Assembly (NCBI GenBank): GCA_041640555.1
Contig: JBEQAB010000016.1
Coordinates: 1,224-65,223, forward strand
Direction: 5' to 3'
Length of the DNA stretch: 64,000 nucleotides
Source: Bacillaceae bacterium
Lineage (GTDB): Bacteria; Bacillota; Bacilli; Bacillales; Cytobacillaceae
The position numbers and the translations under genes were made by a program. Positions 11,058 to 19,680 of the stretch are shown piece by piece. The notes beneath the pieces were generated by a model. The model saw only the letters and a list, made by a program, of their open reading frames with translations, ran no database searches and was not told the DNA's origin. Numbering within the stretch: position 1 is the stretch's first letter; every line of letters starts with the position of its first letter.

Positions 11058-12356
11058 TCATATTTTGATCCAGCCACGAAGCTGTGACGTTTCTGCTAAA
11101 GCCTGAATCCCCACGATATAAGCAGCTACTTTTAAGTTTGTACGATACTTTTTACTCACATGGAGGATTTGATCAAAGCTGGTTTCCATTATTTCTTTTA
11201 GTTTTTCATCGACCTCTCGCTCCGACCAATAATATCCTTGATTGTTTTGACACCATTCAAAATAAGAGACAATCACTCCTCCTGAATTTGCTAATATGTC
11301 TGGTACCAAAAGGATCTCCTTTTCCTCAAGTATGTTTATCGCTTGCTTGGTGGTCGGTCCATTCGCTGCTTCAAGTACAATTTGACATTTTATCTTTTCA
11401 GCATTACGTATCGTAATCTGACCACCTAGGGCTGCCGGAACAAGGACGTCACACTCTTTTTCTAGTAATTCTTGATTCGAAATCGTGTTCTTAAATAGAG
11501 TCGTTACTACTCCAAAGGAATCCCGACTATCCATTAAATACGGGATATCTAAGCCCTTTTCATCATAGATTCCACCTAGCACATCAGAGATGCCGACGAT
11601 CTTCGCTCCTAACTCATACAAGTACAATGCCAAATGACTTCCTACATTTCCAAAGCCTTGAATGATAATTTTTAAATCTTTTATGGGAAGCTTCTTTACT
11701 TCTAACACCTTTTGAAGTGTATATAGTAATCCCTTTGATGTAGCCGTTTCACGTCCTTTAGAGCCCCCTAGAGCAACAGGCTTTCCGGTTATAAATCCTG
11801 GATTATCAAACTCACGAATGAAGTTGTATTCATCAAGCATCCAAGCCATAATCTGTGAATTCGTATATACATCGGGCGCTGGAATATCCTTCGTTGGTCC
11901 TACGATTTGGCTAATCGCTCTCACATAGCCTCGGCTTAACCGTTCCAGCTCTTCTAAGCTCATTGTTCGAGGATCACACACAATTCCCCCTTTTGCCCCT
12001 CCATAAGGAAGACCTGTAATTCCACATTTCATGCTCATCCAACCAGCTAAGGCTTTCACCTCTTCTGGTGTAACGTCTGTATGAAATCGAATGCCACCTT
12101 TAGTTGGACCTGTCGCATCATTATGCTGAGCACGAAAACCCCGAAAAATCTTGGTCGTGTGATCATCCATGCGAACAGGGATTTTCACCTCGAGAAAACG
12201 CAATGGTTCTTTTAAAAGCTCAAACACTTCTTTAGGATAGTTTAGAATATCCATCGCTTCTTTTAAGATCGAATGAAATTCTATCAAGGGATTATCTTGA
12301 ATTCCTTCCTTTCTTTCGACCATTTGATTTTTCGACTCCACGATTGAGTCAGCCAT
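11058..12356 (-). CDS. glutamate dehydrogenase (RocG/GudB family)
   Basis: 432 aa Glu/Leu/Phe/Val dehydrogenase; KGGIRFH and GGAKGG motifs; GFGNVG Rossmann motif. Confidence 0.9.
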   Translation of the reverse strand: MADSIVESKNQMVERKEGIQDNPLIEFHSILKEAMDILNYPKEVFELLKEPLRFLEVKIPVRMDDHTTKIFRGFRAQHNDATGPTKGGIRFHTDVTPEEVKALAGWMSMKCGITGLPYGGAKGGIVCDPRTMSLEELERLSRGYVRAISQIVGPTKDIPAPDVYTNSQIMAWMLDEYNFIREFDNPGFITGKPVALGGSKGRETATSKGLLYTLQKVLEVKKLPIKDLKIIIQGFGNVGSHLALYLYELGAKIVGISDVLGGIYDEKGLDIPYLMDSRDSFGVVTTLFKNTISNQELLEKECDVLVPAALGGQITIRNAEKIKCQIVLEAANGPTTKQAINILEEKEILLVPDILANSGGVIVSYFEWCQNNQGYYWSEREVDEKLKEIMETSFDQILHVSKKYRTNLKVAAYIVGIQALAETSQLRGWIKI

Positions 12357-12392
12357 AATAACACCTCATTTTTCGAATTTACATTTGAGAGA

Positions 12393-12408
12393 TGCAAGAG
12401 CTGTGCCA
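12393..12408 (-). promoter_or_regulatory. sigma-54 (-24/-12) promoter of the glutamate dehydrogenase operon
   Basis: Minus strand TGGCACAGCTCTTGCA, perfect TGGCAC-N5-TTGCA, ending 37 nt upstream of ATG 12356. Confidence 0.85.
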
Positions 12409-12469
12409 AGTCAGGAAGTGGCGAAAAGAAGGCTTTATCCTTTATCCATTCCAATTCACTTCTACTGCC

Positions 12470-12496
12470 ATGCATAAACTATTCAATTTTGCATAA
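12470..12496 (-). promoter_or_regulatory. candidate enhancer (UAS)
   Basis: Minus strand TTATGCAAAATT-gaatagt-TTATGCAT, 60-90 bp upstream of the promoter. Confidence 0.6.
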
Positions 12497-12539
12497 TTAA
12501 AACCACAACAAAAAAATCCCCTTTAACATGACCTTTTAC

Positions 12540-13055
12540 CTAGTCACCAATAGGGGATTCGAAAATGTTTTCTCTATATTTTATTTGTTCGTAAAAGATA
12601 ACTGACAATGTTTGTATGACTAAAAATATAGGAAATGATAAGGCTATATGATACCCTTTTTGTAGAGTGATGATTCCTAACTGGGTAAAAAGCCAATGAG
12701 CACTCACTCCGACGGTCGCCCACGCAAGCACATAAAAAATAACCTTCTCCTTATTTATTTTTAACCTATGATAAAAGTAAAAAAAGAAATACCCAAAAGG
12801 ACTAAATAAAAGGAAATATAACACATCCATCACTTCATAAGAATTCGAATCGTTAAGCATATAAAAATCGAGAAGTCCCCCACCTATCGTAAACTCAATT
12901 GCTATCCCAACTGAAAAACCCCAAACCAAACTCAAAAGTGTGATATGTGGTTTGAATATTTTTTTCCTTAACACAAGAAATAAGACAATATAGACAAGAG
13001 TAAGTAATATCAAAAGGTAAACTTCATTGGTATCAAATTGCTTCCACATTCTCAT
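12540..13055 (-). CDS. hypothetical integral membrane protein
   Basis: 171 aa, several hydrophobic spans; ATGA overlap with upstream gene; GAGGAGG RBS. Confidence 0.6.
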   Translation of the reverse strand: MRMWKQFDTNEVYLLILLTLVYIVLFLVLRKKIFKPHITLLSLVWGFSVGIAIEFTIGGGLLDFYMLNDSNSYEVMDVLYFLLFSPFGYFFFYFYHRLKINKEKVIFYVLAWATVGVSAHWLFTQLGIITLQKGYHIALSFPIFLVIQTLSVIFYEQIKYRENIFESPIGD

Positions 13056-13525
13056 GACATCGTTACCTCCTCTTTTTTAAGTTTCCTAACCATTTGTAAG
13101 GAGAAGTAAGCTATCAAATGAAGAGAAAGAAAATATAAAACGTCGTACAACGTATTCCAATTATTTATCTTTGTAATATTAAGAAAGTTACCTATCATCT
13201 TTAATACAAGAAGAATAACCGTTGATAGACCTACGTATATATAAGCCTTTGCATTCACATTGGCTGATTTAACAGCATTTAATGTAATAACAATGATCAA
13301 AGGGATACCCATACTCCGATTGATTAAAAAGGCTGTATAATCCAATGGTTTTCTTGATAATTCAAGAAACTTAAACTCTTCAAATATGATCCAAGACCAG
13401 TTCACGCTTACGATTAAAATAATTAAAAATACAAATATATTCTCAACAAAAGAAAGTGATTTTTTCATTACTGTAAACAATACAATTACAAGCCACGATA
13501 CAAAGAAAAAAAAGACGAATCCCAA
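13052..13525 (-). CDS. hypothetical integral membrane protein
   Basis: 157 aa, multi-TM; TTG start 6 nt after AGGAGGA. Confidence 0.6.
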   Translation of the reverse strand: MGFVFFFFVSWLVIVLFTVMKKSLSFVENIFVFLIILIVSVNWSWIIFEEFKFLELSRKPLDYTAFLINRSMGIPLIIVITLNAVKSANVNAKAYIYVGLSTVILLVLKMIGNFLNITKINNWNTLYDVLYFLSLHLIAYFSLQMVRKLKKEEVTMS

Positions 13526-13700
13526 AATTAATCCTCCTAAAAAGTTTGTGTTTATTTTTCATCAAAATACAGTGATATATGCATTTCTGCATAAAAATGA
13601 AATTTCTCCCACCACTTTATAATTATTATAAATAACCGATATAAATGATACACCATGTCTCTTTTTACAGAGATAGAACTTCACAACAAAGGAGAACCCC

Positions 13701-15755
13701 ATGTTTACCGTACCAAATTCCATCTTCATTCTGGAAAGTGAGTATAACTTTTCACTTGTCATATTATCAATAATTATTGCCTGTAGTGCCTCTTACACAG
13801 CACTTTCTTTGAATGAAAGAATCCAACAAAATAGCTTCTTTCATCGTTTTATTTGGATTGGATTAGCTTCCGTAGCCATGGGCTTTGGCATTTGGTCCAT
13901 GCATTTTATTGGGATGGGCGCAATTAATCTCCCTTTTGATATGCAGTACGACCCTTTTGTAACACTCCTTTCGATTTGCCCTGCCTTAATAGCATCGCTC
14001 TTAGCCTTTTATATAGCGAATCGTCAGAAAAAGAGCATCTTTGCCTTTATTATTTCTGGCGTCATTATGGGATTGGGCATATCAACGATGCATTATATGG
14101 GCATGGCCGCAATGAAAATGGAGGTTCATCATGCCTATAAGCCTGTCATTTTTACTGGATCCATTTTGATAGCAATGACTGTTTCCTTCGTTGCCCTTTA
14201 CATTTTCTCTTCATTGCAACGTCTAATGGACCGTAGATTGATCAAAATCGTGACAAGCTTAATCATGGGCTTAGCGATTTCTAGTATGCACTATACCGGG
14301 ATGGCTTCTGTTGTTTTTTATGTAGATGTTGACACTGTGATTCCTTCAAATCACTCTCATGAAAATCATACATGGATTCTAGTACTTGCGGTTACCATTG
14401 GAACTTCCGTTTTGCTCATTTTATCTAGTTTATCAGGAGCATTGGATCGATACGTTGATTACCGAATGAACTTTTTTGATTCATTAACGAAGCTTCCGAA
14501 CCGACGTCAGTTTGAAAGGACCATTCATCAACTCTTACATGCTAATACAGTAGCTGTTCTTCATATTCATGATCTAGAAAAATGGAATATTGGATATGGA
14601 TACAAATTTGGAGATAGAATTCTTACTGAAGTAAGTCAGTTACTATCGCAGTTAAATTCCACTTCTTTAGAGGTGTATAGAGTAGAAGGAAACCGCTTTG
14701 CTTTCATTTGTAAGGAAGAATCAAATGAAAGACTCAAATTAACATTAGAGAGAGTTTCCTCTATTTTAAAAGTTCCCTTACAATTCGATGACCATACTGT
14801 TCTTGTTAATACCGTCTGTGCTATAGCTGTTAAGGAAAACAATGAAACCGCAAGCCAGCTTTATGCTAATACGGTTGCAGTCCTGCATCACCCCTCAATC
14901 GAGTATAATAATCAAATCATTGAGTATGATCCGAAGATCCATACGTATAACTTTGAACAGCGCCTCTTGTCTGATATTGATTTGGCTATGGAGAAAGATC
15001 ATTTGTATATCGTGTATCAACCAAAAATTAATGCTTCTTCCCAGGAAATCTCCGGTGTCGAAGCACTCATTCGATGGAATCACCCGGTTCATGGGTTTCT
15101 ATCACCCGGTCTGTTTATTCCAGCATTAGAGAAAAGTGGAAAAATGTTTGATGTGACTGATTGGGTCATTGATAAAGTATGTCAGCAGCTCAATCAGTGG
15201 AATAAAGACGGTCATCCCGTATTACACGTAGCCATTAATATTCCTGGCACCTATATCACATCAGCAAGGCTGTTAAAAACTCTTAATCATTGTGTGGAAA
15301 AGTATCATATATTGGCTAAAAATCTCGAACTAGAAATCACTGAAACAAGCGTTGTAAGCGATATCGAAAACGCGATACGGGCAGTAGGAGACATACGAAA
15401 ACAAGGGTTTTCTGTAGCTCTTGATGACTTTGGTACAGGGGTTTCCTCATTGTCGTATTTAAAAAGATTACCCATTTCCACGTTAAAAATTGATAAATCC
15501 TTTGTAGACGGTGTACCAGAGTCTAAAAAAGAGTCGGCGATTATTACCGCTATCGTCTCTCTCTGTCATTCATTGGACATTGAAACCGTCGTTGAAGGGG
15601 TAGAAAATGTGAAACAGTTCAACTATTTAACCTCCCTGCCAAAGAGCCCAACCATTCAGGGCTTCTATTTTGCAAAACCAATGAAACAAGAGGAACTGAT
15701 CTCTTGGATGAACCAGTTCCATTTGCAATGTGATGAAGTTACACCTTCTTTATAA
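13701..15755 (+). CDS. MHYT sensor - degenerate GGDEF - EAL protein (c-di-GMP phosphodiesterase type)
   Basis: 684 aa. Three MHYT-type motifs (MHFIGM, MHYMGM, MHYTGM) in TM helices. GGDEF site replaced by EGNRF. EAL-domain motifs EALIRW, ELEITE, DDFGTG, KIDKSF, EGVE. Confidence 0.85.
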   Translation: MFTVPNSIFILESEYNFSLVILSIIIACSASYTALSLNERIQQNSFFHRFIWIGLASVAMGFGIWSMHFIGMGAINLPFDMQYDPFVTLLSICPALIASLLAFYIANRQKKSIFAFIISGVIMGLGISTMHYMGMAAMKMEVHHAYKPVIFTGSILIAMTVSFVALYIFSSLQRLMDRRLIKIVTSLIMGLAISSMHYTGMASVVFYVDVDTVIPSNHSHENHTWILVLAVTIGTSVLLILSSLSGALDRYVDYRMNFFDSLTKLPNRRQFERTIHQLLHANTVAVLHIHDLEKWNIGYGYKFGDRILTEVSQLLSQLNSTSLEVYRVEGNRFAFICKEESNERLKLTLERVSSILKVPLQFDDHTVLVNTVCAIAVKENNETASQLYANTVAVLHHPSIEYNNQIIEYDPKIHTYNFEQRLLSDIDLAMEKDHLYIVYQPKINASSQEISGVEALIRWNHPVHGFLSPGLFIPALEKSGKMFDVTDWVIDKVCQQLNQWNKDGHPVLHVAINIPGTYITSARLLKTLNHCVEKYHILAKNLELEITETSVVSDIENAIRAVGDIRKQGFSVALDDFGTGVSSLSYLKRLPISTLKIDKSFVDGVPESKKESAIITAIVSLCHSLDIETVVEGVENVKQFNYLTSLPKSPTIQGFYFAKPMKQEELISWMNQFHLQCDEVTPSL

Positions 15756-15765
15756 TCTTCTTAAA

Positions 15766-15798
15766 AGGTACCGTGTACGTTGATGCGGTACTTTTTTT
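15766..15798 (+). terminator. rho-independent terminator
   Basis: AGGTACCG...CGGTACTT hairpin followed by T7. Confidence 0.65.
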
Positions 15799-15922
15799 GT
15801 TGTCTGCTGTGAGATTATAATTGTTCACGTAATTGAAAAAAAATCTGCATCGACCTTCCCTCTTTCTTTTGTAATATAAAAAAGTGAGGATAATCTTGGA
15901 GCAGAAAGGAAGGGTGGTTCAA

Positions 15923-16099
15923 ATGAATTATGATGAAATCAAACACGACATCGCTTTAAAAATTGAGGGACTACAAAGAAAACTAGAGGACCCAGATTTA
16001 ACACCCTCCGAATCAGAAATGATTCAGAATATGATTGATAACTACCAGTATATTTCAGAACTTGCGGAAATGAATTATTATCATAGAGGAGTGCTATAG
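15923..16099 (+). CDS. hypothetical small protein
   Basis: 58 aa from ATG 15923 (GGAAGGGTGG RBS), followed by a strong terminator. Confidence 0.5.
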   Translation: MNYDEIKHDIALKIEGLQRKLEDPDLTPSESEMIQNMIDNYQYISELAEMNYYHRGVL

Positions 16100-16108
16100 T
16101 ACTTTGTT

Positions 16109-16141
16109 ACAAGGACTCGCTTATCAAGTCCTTGTTTTTTT
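16109..16141 (+). terminator. rho-independent terminator
   Basis: ACAAGGACT-cgcttatca-AGTCCTTGT then T7. Confidence 0.8.
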
Positions 16142-16224
16142 AGTAGCAGTAAAAGCAGTTTCCACATATTTCTTACATAGTAGGGGCATTTTATTACCTA
16201 TTAATAGTGTAAGGAGAACTCAAA

Positions 16225-16731
16225 GTGAACGAAAAATTATTCAAGTTAATTAATCATTACTCAGGTCGTTTTTTTTCCTTAGATTTTTTAATGATATTTG
16301 TATCAAATAAAACTCGGTATGTCTTTGTCTTTATGTTAATTTTTATGTGGTTTAAAAATGGTCCTCACAGAAAAGCAGTCTATAACGCGGGGCTATCTGC
16401 TGGGATTATGTTATTTCTCCATACTTTGATTAAGCTGTTTTATTTCAAACCAAGACCTTTTGTGAAAAGACGAGTTGGAATTCTTATTCCTTCAAAAAGG
16501 GATTCCACCTTTCCAAGTAAACATACATTACTTGTCTTTGCTATTTCGACTTCTATTTATCTTTATAACCGTGTAATAGGTTCCGTGTTATGGGTATTAG
16601 CTTTATTAACTGGAGTCTCTCGTATTTGGGTAGGACACCATTATCCGTATGATATTATAGGGAGCGCAGTTATTGCGACCATGACCAGTATGATTTTAGA
16701 TAAGAACACAAGGGGAAATTTTGCACGTTAA
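16225..16731 (+). CDS. PAP2-family phosphatase (BcrC-like undecaprenyl-diphosphatase)
   Basis: 168 aa membrane protein with PAP2 motifs (KPRPF, PSKHT, SRIWVGHHYPYD); GTG start 7 nt after AAGGAGA. Confidence 0.75.
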   Translation: MNEKLFKLINHYSGRFFSLDFLMIFVSNKTRYVFVFMLIFMWFKNGPHRKAVYNAGLSAGIMLFLHTLIKLFYFKPRPFVKRRVGILIPSKRDSTFPSKHTLLVFAISTSIYLYNRVIGSVLWVLALLTGVSRIWVGHHYPYDIIGSAVIATMTSMILDKNTRGNFAR

Positions 16732-16753
16732 ATAGAAGCTCTAGAAAAACCTT

Positions 16754-16786
16754 AAAGAATACCCATCAAGAAGATGGATATTCTTT
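16754..16786. terminator. bidirectional terminator between convergent genes
   Basis: AAAGAATAcCCATC-aagaa-GATGGaTATTCTTT. Confidence 0.6.
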
Positions 16787-16798
16787 AATTAATGCTTT

Positions 16799-17083
16799 TT
16801 AATTGGTTTTTTCAGGGCCTTTATTTGGGACTAATTCCTCTGCAATTTCAGCTAACCCAGCCAAATTCCCCATTTTACTCATTTTCCCTATATCAATATT
16901 ATTCATTATGTTATTAACAGGAGATTGTGCCTTTTTATTTCTTCTTAACCGAATAGCAGCTGCACTAACTCCTAAACTTAATAATGAACCCCATATCCAG
17001 CCCTTACCATTCCTTTTCTTCCCGAACAATGCCATTAAAGGGTTTCTTTTTAATTGAAAAAATGACATAATCCACTTATTCAT
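16799..17083 (-). CDS. hypothetical protein with one TM segment
   Basis: 94 aa from ATG 17083 (GGTGGGGG RBS); ORF-track start 17155 lacks an RBS. Confidence 0.5.
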   Translation of the reverse strand: MNKWIMSFFQLKRNPLMALFGKKRNGKGWIWGSLLSLGVSAAAIRLRRNKKAQSPVNNIMNNIDIGKMSKMGNLAGLAEIAEELVPNKGPEKTN

Positions 17084-17334
17084 TTTACCCCCACCTTCTT
17101 TTGATTTATAAAGCTTCGTTTTCAATATTAGAATTCTCCTAATAAACATAAGCATCCTGATAAAAATTTGGGTTCTATTGTATAAAACTTCCTAAAAAAA
17201 CACCGGAGAGAAGAATCCGATTCTGATGTGGAACCTTATAAAAAAATTCCTTAACTATTAAATGGATTACATTCCAGTTTTGGCCTCTTCACCTAAGGAG
17301 GGTTCAAACATATAATCATAATGAGGTGCTTCCT

Positions 17335-17688
17335 ATGTGTGTTTCTAATCATGCATTTGAATTACAGGCGTATAAACTGAGTGAACAAATAATGAAGCAT
17401 ACCATTTATCAACCTGTGAAAGTTGTATATTTTGGGGATAAAGAGGCAGATGCAAACCAAATTAGTGCAACCGAGCTAATCACAAAAATTATTTTGCAGG
17501 ACAACGAAGGGCAGGTTTACGAGATTGAACCGAGCGAAAATGGGATAAGGTTTGTCAAGGGCGAGATCACCTATCAGGAGTATTTAAGGCGAGGAAAGAA
17601 GGATATTAGGAATCTAATTACTTACTCTTCCGTTTCCATTGGCTTCCTATTTATTATGAGCTGGGCATTGGTTGGATATTTTCTTTAA
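17335..17688 (+). CDS. hypothetical protein, C-terminal TM anchor
   Basis: 117 aa from ATG 17335 (GAGGTG RBS 6 nt upstream). Confidence 0.5.
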   Translation: MCVSNHAFELQAYKLSEQIMKHTIYQPVKVVYFGDKEADANQISATELITKIILQDNEGQVYEIEPSENGIRFVKGEITYQEYLRRGKKDIRNLITYSSVSIGFLFIMSWALVGYFL

Positions 17689-17695
17689 AAACCAT

Positions 17696-17727
17696 AAAAA
17701 AAACATGACAGAGCTGTCATGTTTTTT
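17696..17727. terminator. bidirectional terminator
   Basis: AAAAAACATGACAG-ag-CTGTCATGTTTTTT. Confidence 0.8.
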
Positions 17728-17736
17728 GCAGTATGC

Positions 17737-18651
17737 TTAATGCTCTTCTTCAGCAGCCATTGCATCAGCCTTCGTTTTATGAATGGTTCCAAAAGGATGC
17801 TGTGGAGGAGCATAGATCGAGTAGAGTTTAAGTGGTGTATTCCCCGTATTAATAACATTATGCCATGTTGCTGCTGGGATCATAATAGCAAAATCATCAG
17901 CAACTTTTCTCTCATAGTCTAACTTATCCTTCTGGGCCCCCATTCGAACAAGCCCTTCACCTTCTTCAACCCTTAGAAACTGATCAAGATGAGGATGTAT
18001 TTCTAAGCCAATGTCCTCTCCCACATTAATGCTCATTAAAGTTACCTGTAAATGAGTTCCTGTCCATAAAGCTGTACGGAAGGTATCGTTTTGCTTGGTG
18101 GCTTCATTAATATCCACAACAAAAGGTTTTCCTCCATAATCCGTTACACGAGGGGAGAGTTCTTCACTTAAAAACCTGAGACTCTCAGCATTCTCTTGTT
18201 CTCCCGTTAATGCCCATAAAAATACATTTTGTATCATTGGATGTTGAATAAGCGAAAACCCTTTTTGATATTCTTCATATCCCTCTATTTCAGCTTCATA
18301 CGCCTTTTGTAGCCCATCTCTGTAGCCATCAAACGAGATTTGTTCGAGTTCGTATACTGGGACAGTCCCAGTAAGTTGAATATAAAGATAATTTAACTGA
18401 GTTAGCTGAGCTTTTTTTCTTTCTAATGCATACAAAATATCATTCTGATGTCTTTCATTTGGAGCTACATGAACTAACTGTCTGTATAGCTCAATGGCTT
18501 CTGCTTCCCTTTTTATTCCGTTAAGCAGGACATCAAATACAGGTTGAACATTCTCCTCATGAGTTCTATTCATATAATTGGAAGAATAAGTCGAAGAATT
18601 TGCCCAATACGGATATGAATATGGATTTGAAACATAATACATGTTGGTCAT
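17737..18651 (-). CDS. cupin-domain protein with helical N-terminal domain and Tyr-rich N-terminus (spore-coat-like)
   Basis: 304 aa. N-terminus MTNMYYVSNPYSYPYWANSSTYSSNYM. C-terminal cupin-like barrel (GLEIHPHLDQFLRVEEGEG...WHNVINTG). Confidence 0.6.
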   Translation of the reverse strand: MTNMYYVSNPYSYPYWANSSTYSSNYMNRTHEENVQPVFDVLLNGIKREAEAIELYRQLVHVAPNERHQNDILYALERKKAQLTQLNYLYIQLTGTVPVYELEQISFDGYRDGLQKAYEAEIEGYEEYQKGFSLIQHPMIQNVFLWALTGEQENAESLRFLSEELSPRVTDYGGKPFVVDINEATKQNDTFRTALWTGTHLQVTLMSINVGEDIGLEIHPHLDQFLRVEEGEGLVRMGAQKDKLDYERKVADDFAIMIPAATWHNVINTGNTPLKLYSIYAPPQHPFGTIHKTKADAMAAEEEH

Positions 18652-18817
18652 TCCCTCCAGAATTTTTATAAACCATCATATGCCTCTGGGTAAAAAAAGT
18701 ACTTTGAATTACAGAATTAATATCATTGACACAATCACTAAATACTTGAACTAAAGCAATCTATGTTATATTCAAGATATAGTTTTTAGAGATACGGTAC
18801 ACGGAGGAGGATTGAAT

Positions 18818-19645
18818 ATGAAATTTATTGTAGAGAAAGAATGGGTTCTTAAGAATCTGAATCAAAGCGATGTAAGAGTGATCGATTGCCGCTTTGCACT
18901 TGCAAACCCTGAATTAGGAAAGCTAGAATACGATCAAAATCATATTCCAGGAGCCATTTATTTTGACTTAGAAAAGGACCTTTCAGGACAAGTGGGTATT
19001 CATGGTGGAAGACACCCTCTTCCCGACATAAACCAATTAAAAGAGAAACTTGAAATGGCAGGTATTGATCAGGATACAATCATTGTCGCCTATGATAACG
19101 GAGAAGGAGCCTATGCAGCTAGGTTTTGGTGGATGTTATCTTACCTTGGACATAAAAAAGTATATGTACTTGATGGAGGGTATAAAAATTGGACAAAAGC
19201 CAATTACCCAACTACAGCTGATGTACCTGTTTTTGAAAAGTCAAATTTCCATGTCGACCTACAGCCTGGTTTATTGGCAGACGTAAAAGAGGTACAAGAA
19301 GTGGTATCTGGTAAGAATACAAACACCGTATTAATTGACTCCCGTGAGAACAAAAGATACTTGGGAATAGAAGAGCCCATTGATAAGAAGAAAGGCCATA
19401 TTCCAGGCGCTATTAATAAGCCTTGGATGGAAGGACTTCATGAGGGGTATTACCATTCAACAGAAAATCAAAAAGAGAGATTTTCAGATATAGAGCCTGA
19501 TAAGGAACTGATCGTTTATTGTGGGTCGGGAGTAACTGCCGTTCCGAACTTCCTAGCATTAAAAGAAGCCGGCTTTGAACATGTTAAATTGTATCTAGGA
19601 AGCTTTAGCGACTGGATTTCATATGAAGACAATGAAATAAATTGA
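18818..19645 (+). CDS. thiosulfate/3-mercaptopyruvate sulfurtransferase (tandem rhodanese domains)
   Basis: Two rhodanese domains, active-site loop YCGSGVTA. ATG 18818 lies 7 nt after GGAGGAGG. Confidence 0.8.
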   Translation: MKFIVEKEWVLKNLNQSDVRVIDCRFALANPELGKLEYDQNHIPGAIYFDLEKDLSGQVGIHGGRHPLPDINQLKEKLEMAGIDQDTIIVAYDNGEGAYAARFWWMLSYLGHKKVYVLDGGYKNWTKANYPTTADVPVFEKSNFHVDLQPGLLADVKEVQEVVSGKNTNTVLIDSRENKRYLGIEEPIDKKKGHIPGAINKPWMEGLHEGYYHSTENQKERFSDIEPDKELIVYCGSGVTAVPNFLALKEAGFEHVKLYLGSFSDWISYEDNEIN

Positions 19646-19680
19646 ATGTGAAAAGTCTATAAAATAGTGTGAATCTCCCA

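Noticed and set aside
12284-12475. 63-aa minus-strand ORF upstream of the GDH gene
   Set aside because: It overlaps the GDH start codon, the sigma-54 promoter and the enhancer, and has no RBS.
13585-13596. TCTGCATAA half-match to the sigma-54 enhancer motif between the membrane-protein operon and the MHYT gene
   Set aside because: It is a single half-site with no TTATGCAAAATT partner, and there is no TGGCAC-N5-TTGCA element on either strand nearby.
13562-13762. 66-aa minus-strand ORF opposite the MHYT gene start
   Set aside because: It overlaps the RBS and start of the well-supported + strand gene and has no RBS of its own.
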